Below, piece by piece: positions 1-12,864 of a stretch of DNA of 64,000 nt. The translations under genes were made by a program, and so were the position numbers. The stretch lies in contig JARDVH010000163.1 in the NCBI GenBank assembly GCA_030324005.1, positions 63,338,880-63,402,879 of the forward strand. Direction: 5' to 3'. Under the pieces are notes generated by a model, which did not search any database, was not told the DNA's origin, and was given only the letters and a program-made list of their open reading frames with translations. This stretch comes from Negaprion brevirostris. Its lineage: Eukaryota. Each line of letters opens with the position of its first letter. Within the stretch, counting starts at the first letter, position 1.

Positions 1-39
1 TCCAGGGGGTGAGTTGGATCGGAGGGGGCTGGGGGTTGA

Positions 40-215
40 AGTAGTGCAATTTTACAAAACTCATTGCCTAAAAGGGTGGTGCAAGAGGATTTGATCCATG
101 ATTTCAAAAGGATATAGGGGAGACACTTCTTGCAGAGTTATAGGAATAGAATGGAGAGAATGGATTGCTCTATACAGAGCTGATATGGGCCAAATGGCCT
201 CCTTCTAAAGACACT
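40..215 (+). mobile_element. Decayed CR1-like LINE 3' end
   Basis: aactcattgcctaaaagggtggt...atgggccaaatggcctccttct resembles the other CR1 3' ends in the window. Confidence 0.5.
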
Positions 216-224
216 GATTCTAAT

Positions 225-740
225 GTCTTCTCCTTAATCGATCCCTCAGGATGGAGGCTGACTGACTTCTACACTAACAATGAGTGCTCAGGTTACTGAA
301 GAGTCCAATATGTGATCTACAAGTTTCTGTCACAGATAGGGCAGAGAACGGTTAGAGGACTGGGCAGGTGGGTTGCCTGGGTTGTCAAGCATTCTTTTCA
401 CCATTGACACTTGGCTTCAGCTTGCTCTCGATGATGAAACGTGAGGTGTTCAGCTCCTTCCCAGATGCTTTTCCTTCACTTTGGGTGGTCTTGGGCCAGG
501 GATTCCCACGTGTTGGTGGGAATGTTGCACTTTTTCAAAGATGCTTTGAGGATATCCTTGAAGAGTTTCCTCTGCCCTCTTGGGGCTCTCTCGCTGTGTT
601 GAAGCTCTGAGTAGAGTCCTTGTTTCAGGAGTCTCGTATCAGGCATGTGGACAATGTGGTCCAGCCACCAGAGCTGGTCAAATGTGGCCAATGCTTCAAT
701 GTTGGGGGTGATGATGGTGACCTGAGCAAAAACATTGATT
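225..740 (-). mobile_element. RTE-type LINE 3' fragment
   Basis: Peptide WLDHIVHMPDTRLLKQGLYSELQHSERAPRGQRKLFKDILKASLK matches the typical RTE/BovB ORF2 C-terminus. Confidence 0.75.
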
Positions 741-2154
741 CAAACTCTGGCCTTTGAGCCAGTTCCACCATTAATTAGCCCATGGCTCATTTATATATCA
801 ACTCCATTTACTGGCCTTTGCTCCATGTCCCTCATTAACAATCTATTTCTGACTTAAATTTCAACTGATCCAAACAGGCACCCCCTCCCCCCCTCATATC
901 CACAGCCTTTGGAATGGAGGAAGGTCCTGATTTCCATTAGTCTTTTGCACAAAGTGCTTTCTAATTTCACTCCTAAATTCTGAGCAGGAGAAATTTTGTT
1001 TCTGTGGGAGAGGAGATGGTACTTCTCATTCACAGACTTGACTCTAGGGATTTAGCAACGTGAAATCATCAGACTTTGCTCCATTTAACATGAGCCATAG
1101 ACAAAAATACTGGAAGAGCCAAAGGCCCTCATGCAGCCACGCTGATTGAACAGACTAAGGAGGAGATATGGTAATTAAGTCATGGTTAAATGAGATGATG
1201 TATCTCTGGCAGCAGGGGCATGCTCATCAGAGCTCAATCTCACTGAATTGGTCATGTGGTCTGAATTGAGGAGTCCTGCAGAACAAACGCAGAACCAACT
1301 GAACACAGGAACCAGCAACAAAAGACATTCCAAATAAAGATCTAAAGACAATGTGAAAGCCAACTTCAGAGTTTCAAGCTGGATCCCATTACAAATGGTG
1401 AAATTTCAAGTGATTTTGATATTTAGGGAAAAATATCTTCAGGACAAGCAAAAGTAGCACAAAGTCAATGCCTCCACCCATCCCTCTAGTACTGACTTTA
1501 TATGCAGTATCTGCAATTGGCTATCCAATCGAGATTTGGCCTAATGTCACACACACACTAGACAGCATCAACCAAAATTATCAATTGTTTTTTCTTTTCG
1601 AACTGCAATGGAAGAATCCATTAATGGTTAGATGATATCAAGCTCAAGTTCAGGATGATTGTCAACGTGCCATGTTGGTTTATCTGGACTGCACTTTTCA
1701 TCAATGTAAAAACAAGTGTTGCACCTTGTGTGACACCAATGTAGCCTTGGAGCATAACTTGGTGTGCCACACCCCCAAATTTACAGATCTATCGGATATA
1801 AAAACATGATCAACTAAACTGTCAAACACTTGTTAAATTAGCAAATATTGAATCAATTAAATCTTAAAATCAAAAAGTACAAATCAGTGAGACACAAGAA
1901 TCTGAGCTTTTTAAAAGTCACCAACTACATTATACTCAGCACCTATCCAATTGCTCAAATCATTCCCATCCATTAATTCCCACCCAGGTGAAAATAGCAT
2001 GAATGAATCTTACACATCAACATTGGGTAACTGATATGAAAAGCAAATTCTGCACATAAGCCCCCATTCAGTTAGGAGCCCGTAGAAATTGAGTGCTGCT
2101 GGGATTTCCTGCTCGTGTAAAACAATTTTTGCAAGTTGAGCAGCATTTGAAGCT

Positions 2155-2160
2155 TTTATT
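2155..2160 (-). promoter_or_regulatory. Candidate distal poly(A) signal of WDR33 (would give ~3.2 kb 3'UTR)
   Basis: Only canonical minus-strand AATAAA I found downstream of the stop; an ATTAAA variant lies at 3163-3168. Confidence 0.35.
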
Positions 2161-5100
2161 CTGCTCCTGTGGGACAACACACCAATGGCCATACATGAGG
2201 GACAAATAGGAATATACCAGGTAGCTTCACCTCCTACAGAATGATTTAGATTGAGATAGGCATAGACATCACAGAGGCTGTAGTTTTTACTACATTTCTG
2301 CCTAACTCAAAGATACAGCAATGAAGTGGAATGAAAACGTACAAATAACTGCTGCAGAAAACTAAAAAGGCTTCATATTTTCCAATGGTTTATACTGTGA
2401 GTCATAAACTCCAACATTTGTCAGTTGGCAAATTTGCAATAAAGTTGAAGGTTGTTGACAGTTCCACTAGTTGTGAAGGATAATGCCAAACTTGGGATGA
2501 TGCCCTGGTCATATATATATGAAACTACCTATGCTGCTTGTTGTGAAAATACCACAAGATCATTTTTTTTCATTTTAAAAAATAAGCATTTGTTTCAGTT
2601 ATTTGTTGAAGATTGAATGATACACTTACTTTTCTTGGCAGCTATCCAGGGAGGTGCATGCATTGAAAATTACTTCTTTGAAGGAGAGAAGGTCCAACTG
2701 CAAAACTTGGGCTGGAGGCATGGACAACAAACACTGTTTGTAAGCTTACAAGGAATTCTGGTGCCACCACATTTACATATTTCGGATGCAAAGGATCTCA
2801 GAACCAAATAATCAGATTCAGTTGTGAACCACCTCAGGTTGTCAATGCACAGGAACAAAAAGAGTTTCTTGCTCTGAAAATTAAACCACAAACACTAGAT
2901 GCTATACTCTGAGTGTAATTTGAGAAGGCCTAAAGAAAATGAATACTGTTGACATATTTTTCTGTCAATTTATGAGTATAACACAATGCAACCTTTGAGG
3001 CAGAATTTCCAGTTGAGTTCTGGCATTGGAATGCTAACTCAGGCAGTCTCTTTCAACTGACCCAAATAGTTCATTGGCCCTTATTACAGTCACACTGGGA
3101 CTTTTGGTACATTTTATCCACAGAAAGAATTTGGCAGAGTACTTAGTTTCCAATTTTGGTTTTTTAATGCAAAGTGGGTTCACATAATTTTTAAAAATAT
3201 TTTCAACAAGGTACTGAAGACATAAAGGAAAAATGTCACTTGGCTTAGATATAAATAATGATGTTTGCTTTAGCTTGTCTCCATAATTGAGTTAACAGCT
3301 CTGACTGATTGGGTTGGAACGTCCTTGGTTTCATGTGCTTGAGGGTCTTCCCTTACGCATGTGAACACAATAGTAAAACCAGAGGCACACATAAAACGTC
3401 ACTCAAGTTTTAAACTTAAGGCTACAAGGACAAGCTTTAACCCATACTCAGATAGAGAATGCAGGGAAGGTAATTAGGATTTCTTTTAAATCACGTTATG
3501 GAGAAGTGTTGTATCTTCATTATTTTTCTATAACTATGTGCTTAGTGACCTAATCAAATCTAATCACTTTGCTCTGTATGTTCACTTACTGTGAAATAAA
3601 GCACCTTCATGATTCCTCTCTGGCCTTGTTTTACCAAATGGTTACTGAATTTGTCTTCAAAGTTTGGAAAGGCATGTGGAGACAGGTAAAATATTTTAGT
3701 ATTTGGTTCAAATCACAACAGGGTATTATCATTATACCGTCATGCTGATATCAGGCAATATAGGCACATCTTAAACACAAAATGGGAATGACTCGCACCT
3801 ATGAGCCCAAAAGAATATTGCGGTTAAAACTCTAAAAATTTAGCCATCACTTTTAGTTCTTACCCATCAAACCAACTAAGATCTTACTCTGAAGTAAAAA
3901 GGCTCTTGTTTCTATCTTGCTTTAGAGGGTAGTGTTCAGAAGTGATCAGCAAAATGAGAGGTTAAGTGAATGAAGGGGAGCTGGGTTGAGCTAGTTGGTG
4001 ACATTATATACAGGGTATGTGAAATTAGAATGATCTGCAGAAGATTCAGTTTATCTTTATTACAAAGTAGATTGTTCTTTATGTTAGCTGTGTCAACAAA
4101 GCACAGGGATCTATTGGTCAAGTCATCAAAGATTAGCATGCCAAGTGAGCACAATGATAAATGTGTGTACTGGGCAAATTTGTGCAAGGAAGTCAGTGAA
4201 ATCTAGTGAAATCTTGGCCACAGGAGATAGGACCAACTGACATTACAGATAATTAGTGAGCTGGCACTTTCTCGATCTCTTTCTCTACACTTTCTGAAAT
4301 TCCTCTTGTATTGCCAGTAAATACCTGCATTGTTCTTACCACTTGCATTCGTCAAGTTCTGGTAGCACCTGATTCGTGATGTTTCCACAGGCCCTTAATT
4401 ACATTTGTATTAAAAAAATCTGTAACTGCCTTTGTATTGTTAATGCCCATAGCAGCCCTTGGAGTGTCTCTGTGCCTTTGCTCACACTTGCAGTGAAAAG
4501 TATATTAGCACCACTCATACTTCTCATTTTGTTACTGGTCTCCAAATCGCATTCTCTTCCCCTCTCAAGCTTCAGTGGTGTATCTCTGCTGCACCCATTT
4601 CGATCTAGTTCTGTGCCTGTGACCGTACTGCCCATAGCTGGATTAGAGATACCTTAACTTGTGTATATGAAATGTTTTGAATTATTTGTATCTTTGCTGC
4701 CAGTATGTATCTCTGAAATATCCCAACTTGTATGGTACCTTGGCTAAGAACTTGAGTGCAGAATCTAGGCTTATACCTCAATATAGTAATGAAAGGTTCT
4801 GTGATAAGTACAAGTCCTAGATGACACTAGACAAAGGCCCTGTTTGTATGTACTGTCTGTATGGTGCCTATCAGTACTTGCTTTTAACACATCTGTTCCA
4901 TTGGAGTCAGCGTCAAATTTCACTACCACGAGCCCTTAGTTTTGAATCAAGCAAAGACCTCACAAGACAATCAACAGGTGTGTGATGTGATATGCGGCAA
5001 AATAAAAACAGGCCAGTTTTCATGTCTTTTTGTTAAATTTTGCACAAATTATATTGTGTAGTCATACAAAATGACACTTGAGACAAACTGTACACGGAGT

Positions 5101-5339
5101 CAGAGCCGCTCTGTTCTGACACATATCACTGTGTGTGGCAATGCTCCGGAGCCCACAACACTAAAACTGCTGGAGTTTAACAACAAACACTGCTGCCAAC
5201 TGTACAAAAATGAAAAAGGAACGATGGCTGCTTCTGAGGCCAGATCCGCTCACTGGCCACACGCACAAGTTCCAGTTGAAAGACTGTACATGTCACTGGG
5301 TATCAGGGGTAAACACTATTCTCTCAGCTGCTGCTCCAC

Positions 5340-5668
5340 TCATCTNNNNNNNNNNNNNNNNNNNNNNNNNNNNNNNNNNNNNNNNNNNNNNNNNNNNNNN
5401 NNNNNNNNNNNNNNNNNNNNNNNNNNNNNNNNNNNNNNNNNNNNNCATCTTCCCCTGCTGCCTCTGGAGGAACCTCGGCGCGGCACCGGACCTGAACCCT
5501 TGCCACTCCTTCCCCAGTTGGGCCCGCCTCTGGCTCCACCCCGTGGAGGGGGTCCTGCGGGGCCACTGAATCCATCATCTCGGTGGAAACCGTCGTGTCG
5601 ATCTCCCTCATGTGAATTGGAACGGCCGGACTTGGGCATGCGTGGTGATGAGGCTGGCCCACTTCGGC
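5340..5668 (-). CDS. WDR33: WDR33 terminal exon, coding part (stop codon split by an N gap)
   Basis: ttttacag|GC CGA AGT = RSGPASSPRMPKSGRSNSHEGDRHDGFHRDD...RRGSSRGSRGR then TG|gap; the other gap flank reads AGA TGA. Confidence 0.9.
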
Positions 5669-6150
5669 CTGTAAAAGAATCCATTAAGAAACAGGTCATT
5701 TCAAATCCTACTCCTCTCGCTGATATCCTATGCAGAATATTTTATAATAAATCCCTCTGCAGCAGTGACAAAACAGTCGACACAAACATTCTACTTTGCT
5801 GCTAGTTCACCACTGAGAGGGCATAGCATAAGGAACCTGCTTGTCTTAGAGAATAACAAAACACCTCAATTTGAGAGAAAGACAAATGCGTGATTAATCC
5901 CTTCAAGACGCCAAGCTGGGGTACTTTGCTGAAACACCAACGAACTTCAAACATCATTAATGAAGTTCTGATTGCCTCGGCACTGATTTACACAAGAGAA
6001 GTGGCAAGCACTTGGTCGTGCTGCTCCCTATGTCTTTGTGCAGCAACAGGGTGGTTCCGATAGCAACCTCTCTGCCACGGGATTGATCCATTGCAAGCAT
6101 GGCACAGACTGGCGAGAGCTGCCCTTCCACTAGATTCCCTTCCAAAGTTA

Positions 6151-6170
6151 ACCCTGTGCCGGCACAGGGT
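6151..6170. repeat. Perfect 20-bp palindrome
   Basis: accctgtgcc|ggcacagggt. Confidence 0.95.
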
Positions 6171-6204
6171 GCTGCCACTGACAAGCAGCTTTGATTACTC
6201 AGAC

Positions 6205-6250
6205 GTCCTGTCACTGTCTGGCTGCTGGTGCAGCCAGACAGTGACAGGAC
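6205..6250. repeat. Perfect 21-bp inverted repeat with 4-nt loop
   Basis: gtcctgtcactgtctggctgc-tggt-gcagccagacagtgacaggac. Confidence 0.95.
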
Positions 6251-6276
6251 ACACACACACACAGGCAGAAACTTAC

Positions 6277-6492
6277 TTGGACCTCTGTCCTCAGCCAGGG
6301 AGCCAAGTGCACCCAAGTTTCTTTGATCAGGTGTTCCTGGCCCTTCATTCTATAGTCGCTTGCGGGGTAGAAGTGACACAGTGTCCATGCTATGGAGTGA
6401 TGTAGGTCTCCCTCTGCTGCTTGGAGATTGGCCATGAAGAGATGAGTGGTTCTGGCAAGAATCATCTGCATAGCGACTGCAGCCAGTCTCGC
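6277..6492 (-). other. WDR33: WDR33 exon 21 homolog with an in-frame TAG at 6350-6352 (poison/edited/degenerate exon); acceptor uncertain (6492 or 6465)
   Basis: Hand translation ...HGQSPSSRGRPTSLHSMDTVSLLPRKRL*NEGPGTPDQRNLGALGSLAEDRGP; donor A|gtaagt intact; phase 1-1. Confidence 0.78.
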
Positions 6493-6935
6493 CTTCCAAC
6501 CAGACAAGTATATGATAAATTGGATGAACTGAAACTTCACAGTAAAGGCCTCTTGTAAATCAGCTAACCACTATTTATATTCTGACTATGGGCCACTCAA
6601 ACTTTACAGAGCCAAATAAAAAGAGAATTTAAAATGTTTGGCATAAAACAAACATAAATTATATTTTAGCTCAGGCAGCTGAAAATGCCACAGCCAGATT
6701 ACAGATTGAGTTTCGTATAAATAACCCCAAAACTAGCTATAGATTCTTCCAGGGAGGAGCAGATATCAACATATACAACCATTTGGACTTGTATATTGAT
6801 ATCATTGCACACATGGTGGCCTGAGCGCGCACACTGGCTCGACACACAAATCCCCCCAGCAACCCTACCACTGGGACTCTGCTTCACTATTTAGGCAATA
6901 TTTGATTATGGATGTTGATGATCCTCAGAACAAAC

Positions 6936-7097
6936 CTTGTTCTCTACTGGCATCATGGATTTCACCTCGATCTCCTCGGCCTCCCCAGCCATCCCGGTGA
7001 CCTCCTGGGGACAATGGCCTTTTCTCTGACTTACGGCCGCCTTCAAAGCGAGGGAATTCATCATGGCCAGGGAGAGGAAGGAGACCCCCTCGCCCGC
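6936..7097 (-). CDS. WDR33: WDR33 exon 20 equivalent, 162 bp (in-phase alternative donor would end it at 6966)
   Basis: ttttgcag|GC GGG CGA = GRGGLLPLPGHDEFPRFEGGRKSEKRPLSPGGHRDGWGGRGDRGEIHDASREQ; donor G|gtttgt. Confidence 0.85.
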
Positions 7098-7708
7098 CTG
7101 CAAAACCAAAAATGAAACAACTCAACAACTTGGAATCAATCCTGTCACTTTGGGTTGTCACCATGCAGTATCATAGGTGCCTTCCGTGATTAAAGACACT
7201 TACAGGGAGATAGAGAGAAAAATGTGGGGGGCTGAACATCAAAATCAGAGTTAGAAGCTTTCAGAAATAAGATTGACAATTTTCTGTAAGGGAAGATTAT
7301 TGAGGGTTATGGAACTAAGATGGATAGAACAGCTGAAATGCACAATCCAAAAAAATGGCACATTAGGCTTGAGGGGACGAATGGTCAGCCCATGCTTTTA
7401 CGTTCTAGTTGCAAGCTGGGGTACCATTGGAAAGCCTGTAAGCACATTCAGCTGTCAACAGGTCAATGTTTTTGAGGGGGTGTGCTGTAAATTGGATGGC
7501 AATTAAATCTGTATTTGTGTACTTTGCATCACCTTCCACCAATAGTGTCTCTCACTGTTGAGATATAATTGGGATTGACTGTGCCAGTAACCACTTTATG
7601 TGTTTGAAGTGCTTTTTAATTTGGCCACACACATATTATTTATATATGGCTCAATGCCTACCCAATAAACTACCAATATAAATATAGTACGCTGACAGTC
7701 AGCTATAC

Positions 7709-7878
7709 CTCGCATTGTTCCACGGCCCCGTCCTCTCCCTCCTGGATCACGGCCCCTTGCATTCTCCTCTGATTGGTCAAACTCCTCATCGCCCATGAAC
7801 TCATCCATGTTCACGAAAGCATCTCTCCCTCGTGGACCACGACCATCATGCCGTGATGCCCCTCGAACGGGCCGGAAC
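7709..7878 (-). CDS. WDR33: WDR33 exon 19 equivalent, 170 bp
   Basis: tgtccag|G TTC CGG = FRPVRGASRHDGRGPRGRDAFVNMDEFMGDEEFDQSEENARGRDPGGRGRGRGTMR; donor G|gtatag. Confidence 0.92.
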
Positions 7879-9479
7879 CTGGACAGAGAATATTTGGAGG
7901 TTCACACAGCTATTGCAGTCTCATGGGCCTAATTGACCATAACATTTCTACATCTCATGAAGAATAGTGACCATATAGTAGTCTGAGACATTTCAGAAAT
8001 GCAGGTCCGACTGCCATAAACTAGAATGTTCGTATTACACATAGCCTGATCCTTCACCGGAAATAAGCTCCAAGGATCCTTTCCAGGCCCCAGTAAGCTG
8101 CATACAACACTCTCAGCAATATTCTGAACACCAGTACTGATGTTCTGCTCACATAAACTCAATTTCAGTATGAACATGTCAAATAACAAAAATCATGTTA
8201 TCCCAGCACTACAATCCATTGGTTCACTACAGCACATGAGCTCCATCATCTGTCGTCCCTCAGTTGCAGCTCACTGGGACATCAACTATTCAGCCAAACA
8301 AAATGCTTTACTTCACCCTTATAAACTAATGACTTAGATTAATAGATGCCCTTTATCTGATCATAGAGAATGCAATGGTTTATCATCAAAGTGATCCTCT
8401 TGCAAAGGGAGCTTAAATATCCACACCCATGATTTTCTGAGATAAAATTTGAGTTAGTGTAGTTTACGGTTGCCCTAGAAGACTTAATCAAAACACCACA
8501 ACAATCTGAAGACAACCTGAAACAAAAGACTTTATAAAAAATAAATCAACACTGAATTATAAACTTGAATAGATGACATTCTGCACACAGAACAAGGATT
8601 CTAGCTCCAAAGAAGTCATACTGGACTCAAAATGTTAACTCCGTTTTTCTCTCTCTACACGTGCTGCCAGATTTGCTGCGTTTCTCCAGCACTTTGTTTT
8701 CATTGCAGATTTCCAACATCTGCAGTATTTCGCTTTTTAGGCATTTGTTTAGATGTTGAAAATAAGGTGGTCATCTTAAGGATAGGTAATTCAGGGGAGC
8801 TCAAAAATAACCTTAAAACATGAGTCCATTATTGCAGTAGGACAAGAGATCTTTAATCCTGTCAAATCCTTTGAGATTAGTCAATCAAATTGACTGTCCA
8901 GCTAATGAGGAAGGTGCTATGAAGATATACATACAGAAGGAAGAAACAAGTTAACCAATTTTACACCTGTTGACAGGCCAAGGGTTCAATCCATTGGTAT
9001 ACTGTCTTTGTTGCAGCTCCTCCATTTGGGTGCGAACAGTTGCATTAAGTGAAGGCTAAAGGAAAACATTTTATTCAACTTGTGTGAAGAAATTTTAACA
9101 CTGACCCCAAACCCAAAGCACTCCTCAAAAAATGGGCTTAAAAGACCAGTGTTTGCTTACCTTTGCCCACGAAACAGCCCTCACACAATCCTTGTAATTA
9201 ATTATACAGTCCTTATACCTGATGAGCATAACTGGCAACCGAGATCGAATAACACTACATGGAAAGTGGCCCAACAACAGATTACAGCGTGTATAGCATA
9301 CTCATCAAAGTCGCTGCTGTTTTCTCAACACCCATTTCAAGCAGCAGCTGCCCAGTACAAATTCCCAACATTGATAGCAGCAAAGGTGCGATTATCTATG
9401 CATAACTATAGTTGTCAGTATTCTCACAGGACGTCACCTATACATAGGCACTAGTACAGCCTTGCAGATGGCAACAGCA

Positions 9480-10300
9480 AAAGCTTATAAAACAGACAGA
9501 AGAACCATGAAAAGAAATTTGCAAGGGTATCAAATACAAATTGCTTTTTTACAATATTGGGAAGAAAGGTGATCAGGAACCAAATGGGTCCTGTGAAAAC
9601 TGAGAATGGTGATGTTGCCAATGAAAAGAAGGAAATGGCAGATATGTTGAATAATTACTTTGTGTCAGTATTTACAATAGAGAAAGAGGTCAATATGACA
9701 TCTTGAGGAAAACTATGATTGAATAAGGGACACAGACTCACTAAAACTAAGGTTAATAAAATTACAGACAAAAGAAGCTAATACAGAGTGACAAATTCCC
9801 AGAAACAGATGGTTCCAATCCAAGATTTTAAAGGAAGTTGGTGAGAAAATTGGCAATACGAAAGTGTTCTAAAGTTCTTTCAGAATGTAAAAATGAATGT
9901 TGTTCTGCTATTTAAGAAAGGTGAGAAGAGGAATCCAGAATAACTGACCAGTTAGTTTAATATGTGTTTCCTGTTTCTCAACACTTGGAAATTTTTCAGC
10001 AGATCAGAGAGAGCCAGCATGGATTTGTAAAGAGTAGGCGATGCTTGATAAACTCCAGTGATTTTTTTTCAAGGTAGCTAAAATAGTGGATAAGGGAATA
10101 CCAATGAATGGTGTACATATATACATGGACTTCCAGAATGAATTTGATAAAGTCCTTCATAAGAGGCAGTTGACTGATGGTGATGTCCATGGAATTAGTG
10201 GTAAATTATTCACCTGGTTAGGAAATAGATTGAGTGGCAGGAGACAGAGTGTGGGGATAAATGGGCAGAATATGACTAGTGGTATTCCACAAGGTTCATC
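9480..10300 (+). mobile_element. Decayed CR1-like LINE ORF2 fragment
   Basis: Remnant motifs LNNYFVSVFT, QHGFVKSRRCLINS, YMDFQNEFDKVLHKR, MTSGIPQGS. Confidence 0.8.
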
Positions 10301-12864
10301 AGTTCCAATACCTCTATGTGGCTCAGTATCAACATTTTGTTTGGCACAAATCCTGTGAGGTGCTTTGGTATGTTTTATTCCATTAGAGGTGCTATGTAAA
10401 TACAAGCTACCTTGTCTGGATACATTAGAAGGTAGAACTATGAAAGGAGGAGGAGGAGTTACAGACTCCTACTAATTATCAAAAACACTTCATGTGCAGA
10501 GTATCTGGTATACTTACCTACACAACAACAATGAACGCACTTTACAAGTAGTATGTGGGTTGTGAAGCACTTTGCATATTCAGAGAACATGAGAAGACAG
10601 ATTATTTCTTCACTGGTCTCCTGCGGAGTTGCACTCTTCCTAGGATCATGGCTGGTTAATCATCAGAAACAGCCTCCAGAAACTGATATTTCCCATTCCT
10701 GGGCTTTTACTGTGTTGAGTGTTGTTTGGCGTACCTCTGCTTTAGCCCTTTGAACACTGACTCCCTCTTGCAGCTCAATGTCAGATAACAAATAATGAAG
10801 CCAGATTGAAGTTTGGATATTTCTTCAAGATGGTGAATAAAACAGATGGAAACCATTACTGGTGACTCAAAGAGAGGTTCTTAGCCTGACCTGTGCATCA
10901 ATGTCTGTACTTCATTTATACATACTGACCTGGTTAACCAAATCAGAGTTAACTGTCAAGGCCAAAAAACAGCTTTGGAGTGGCTGATGTATTTTACCAA
11001 GGTTATTATGAGTTGAACACTAGAAGCTAGAGTAGGCAAAAGGGAATTCCATCCTTAAATCACCTTGTCCCATGTCAAGAAACAAGTGCAGACAATCTCC
11101 AAGTTGTTGAGCAAGATGGCCAACTAATTGCATCATTATTGTTCCACGAACAGACTAAATCCATAAAATGAAGCTAAATTTGGGACAGATTGTACCAAGT
11201 TTTGCTGTCTTCATGAGTGTGTCAGACATGGGCACTGGTGCTGGACTGAATCAAGTTAAGGATTTTCAGTAGGATTGTTTGAATATTTACTTGAGTTATA
11301 GATCATACTGTCATGGGAGATGGCATATTTAACAAATGATGAAAAATGCCCCATCCGGGCATTCCAAAAGTTATGGCATACTTCTACATAACATTTACCA
11401 TATGTACTGCCCTTCGTTTGAGGAAACTTGGCATGGTACAAAAACACGTCAAAATCTAGTTAATGGATAAATTTGACATTAGAACTCCAAGATCTCATTC
11501 TGATAGGTCTTGGCGCTTTGACGGAGAATTCATCCAACAATGAAACAACCCAACTTTCAAAATCCTCAAGTTCACAAAATCCAAACAAAGACAATAAATA
11601 CAATATGAACAAGTTCCCGAGTTTTGAGAACTGGTTTGTCAGAGTGCAGGAGCTGTATTTGGGAACAGGTCACAGTTTTGACATTGCTGACAAGGGAAAG
11701 TATCTTTGATGCAGGTATTTTGATGATAAAACTAAGTCATGAGTGAATGTATTGGTTGAAATAATTGCTGTAATCAAAATCAAATAGGCTGCTCCTTTTG
11801 ATCAATAAAGGGTCAATTGGACAACAGCTCAAACAAAGGATGCACACATCAAAGGCCACAGGCCAGCACAAACACTTTTCTGAGTTTGTAGATTATTAAG
11901 ATTGTCAAAAATTTATCCTTTCAGACTGACCTTCAAAACAAGGCCCGGTGGTTATTAGTCTTGGGATGAGAAAACAGGACGATTCTCTGTAGGTGATTCC
12001 TAAAATGTCAATTCAGTCAGCTCCCTGAGGAATGTCTACTATTTCTTTCTGAGAAGTATTTTGATCTCAAGGGTGGGAAAGATTCTGTCTGGCTGACTTG
12101 TTTGCTCAAGTTTTGAGAGTTGGCTCTACACGAATGTATTTGAATTGATTCAAGGTGTTGCTTATACTGCTGCTTCTGTCCATAAACCTGCTTGCAGGTT
12201 TATTCTGTTACTAAAAGCGTCTGGTATGGCCAATACTAGCCTTTGGAAACAATGCAAGGTAGAGTGGAATACCTAATACGATCCAATAGCAATAAAAGAG
12301 TTCATCGTTTGCCTCGGTTAAGCTATCCCAGGAAGAAGGGACTTTCAGTGAACCTTCTATGGAAAACACAAATACAAAATGTCTGGATAGAGTTTGAATT
12401 GAAACTGCACATTTCCAAATGGTCTTGAATAAATGGATTCAGCCATATACTGACCCGATCTACTGCTGGTCTGTATCCTGCTGGCAGCAGTGCCTGATGG
12501 ATTGTCGCCCATTCCCAACTTCCAAAGAGAGTGGTTCCAGGGATATTACAATTGGCTGATATTTAAAACCTGATTTTCAAATCTATACAAAAACACTGGG
12601 AATCTTCAAACTGATCACATGGATCAAAACCTGGTCCCCATCTGCCTTGAGATGGGTGTAGTTGATATCAATATCTCTGCTCAAATTCATTCCCAGGTTG
12701 TTTGAAAACCTGTTCAAATCCACCAAAGGAATTTTACAACTCATTCCTTTACAGTAAAACCAAGCTGGAGTCATGAATGCAAATTATCTCAAGTAAAGGG
12801 TAAACCAGACCACCTCTTGGCAGATTCTATCTTTGTGCCTTCACGCAGCTTTTAAGAAATTAAT

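Noticed and set aside
1-5339. SFT2D3-like antisense gene near the WDR33 3' end, as I recall in human
   Set aside because: No plus-strand ORF resembling a Got1/Sft2 four-TM protein was found here
5957-6316. 119-aa ORF as a separate gene
   Set aside because: Its start is the tail of the exon-21 homolog; the remainder is intron read-through with no recognisable protein
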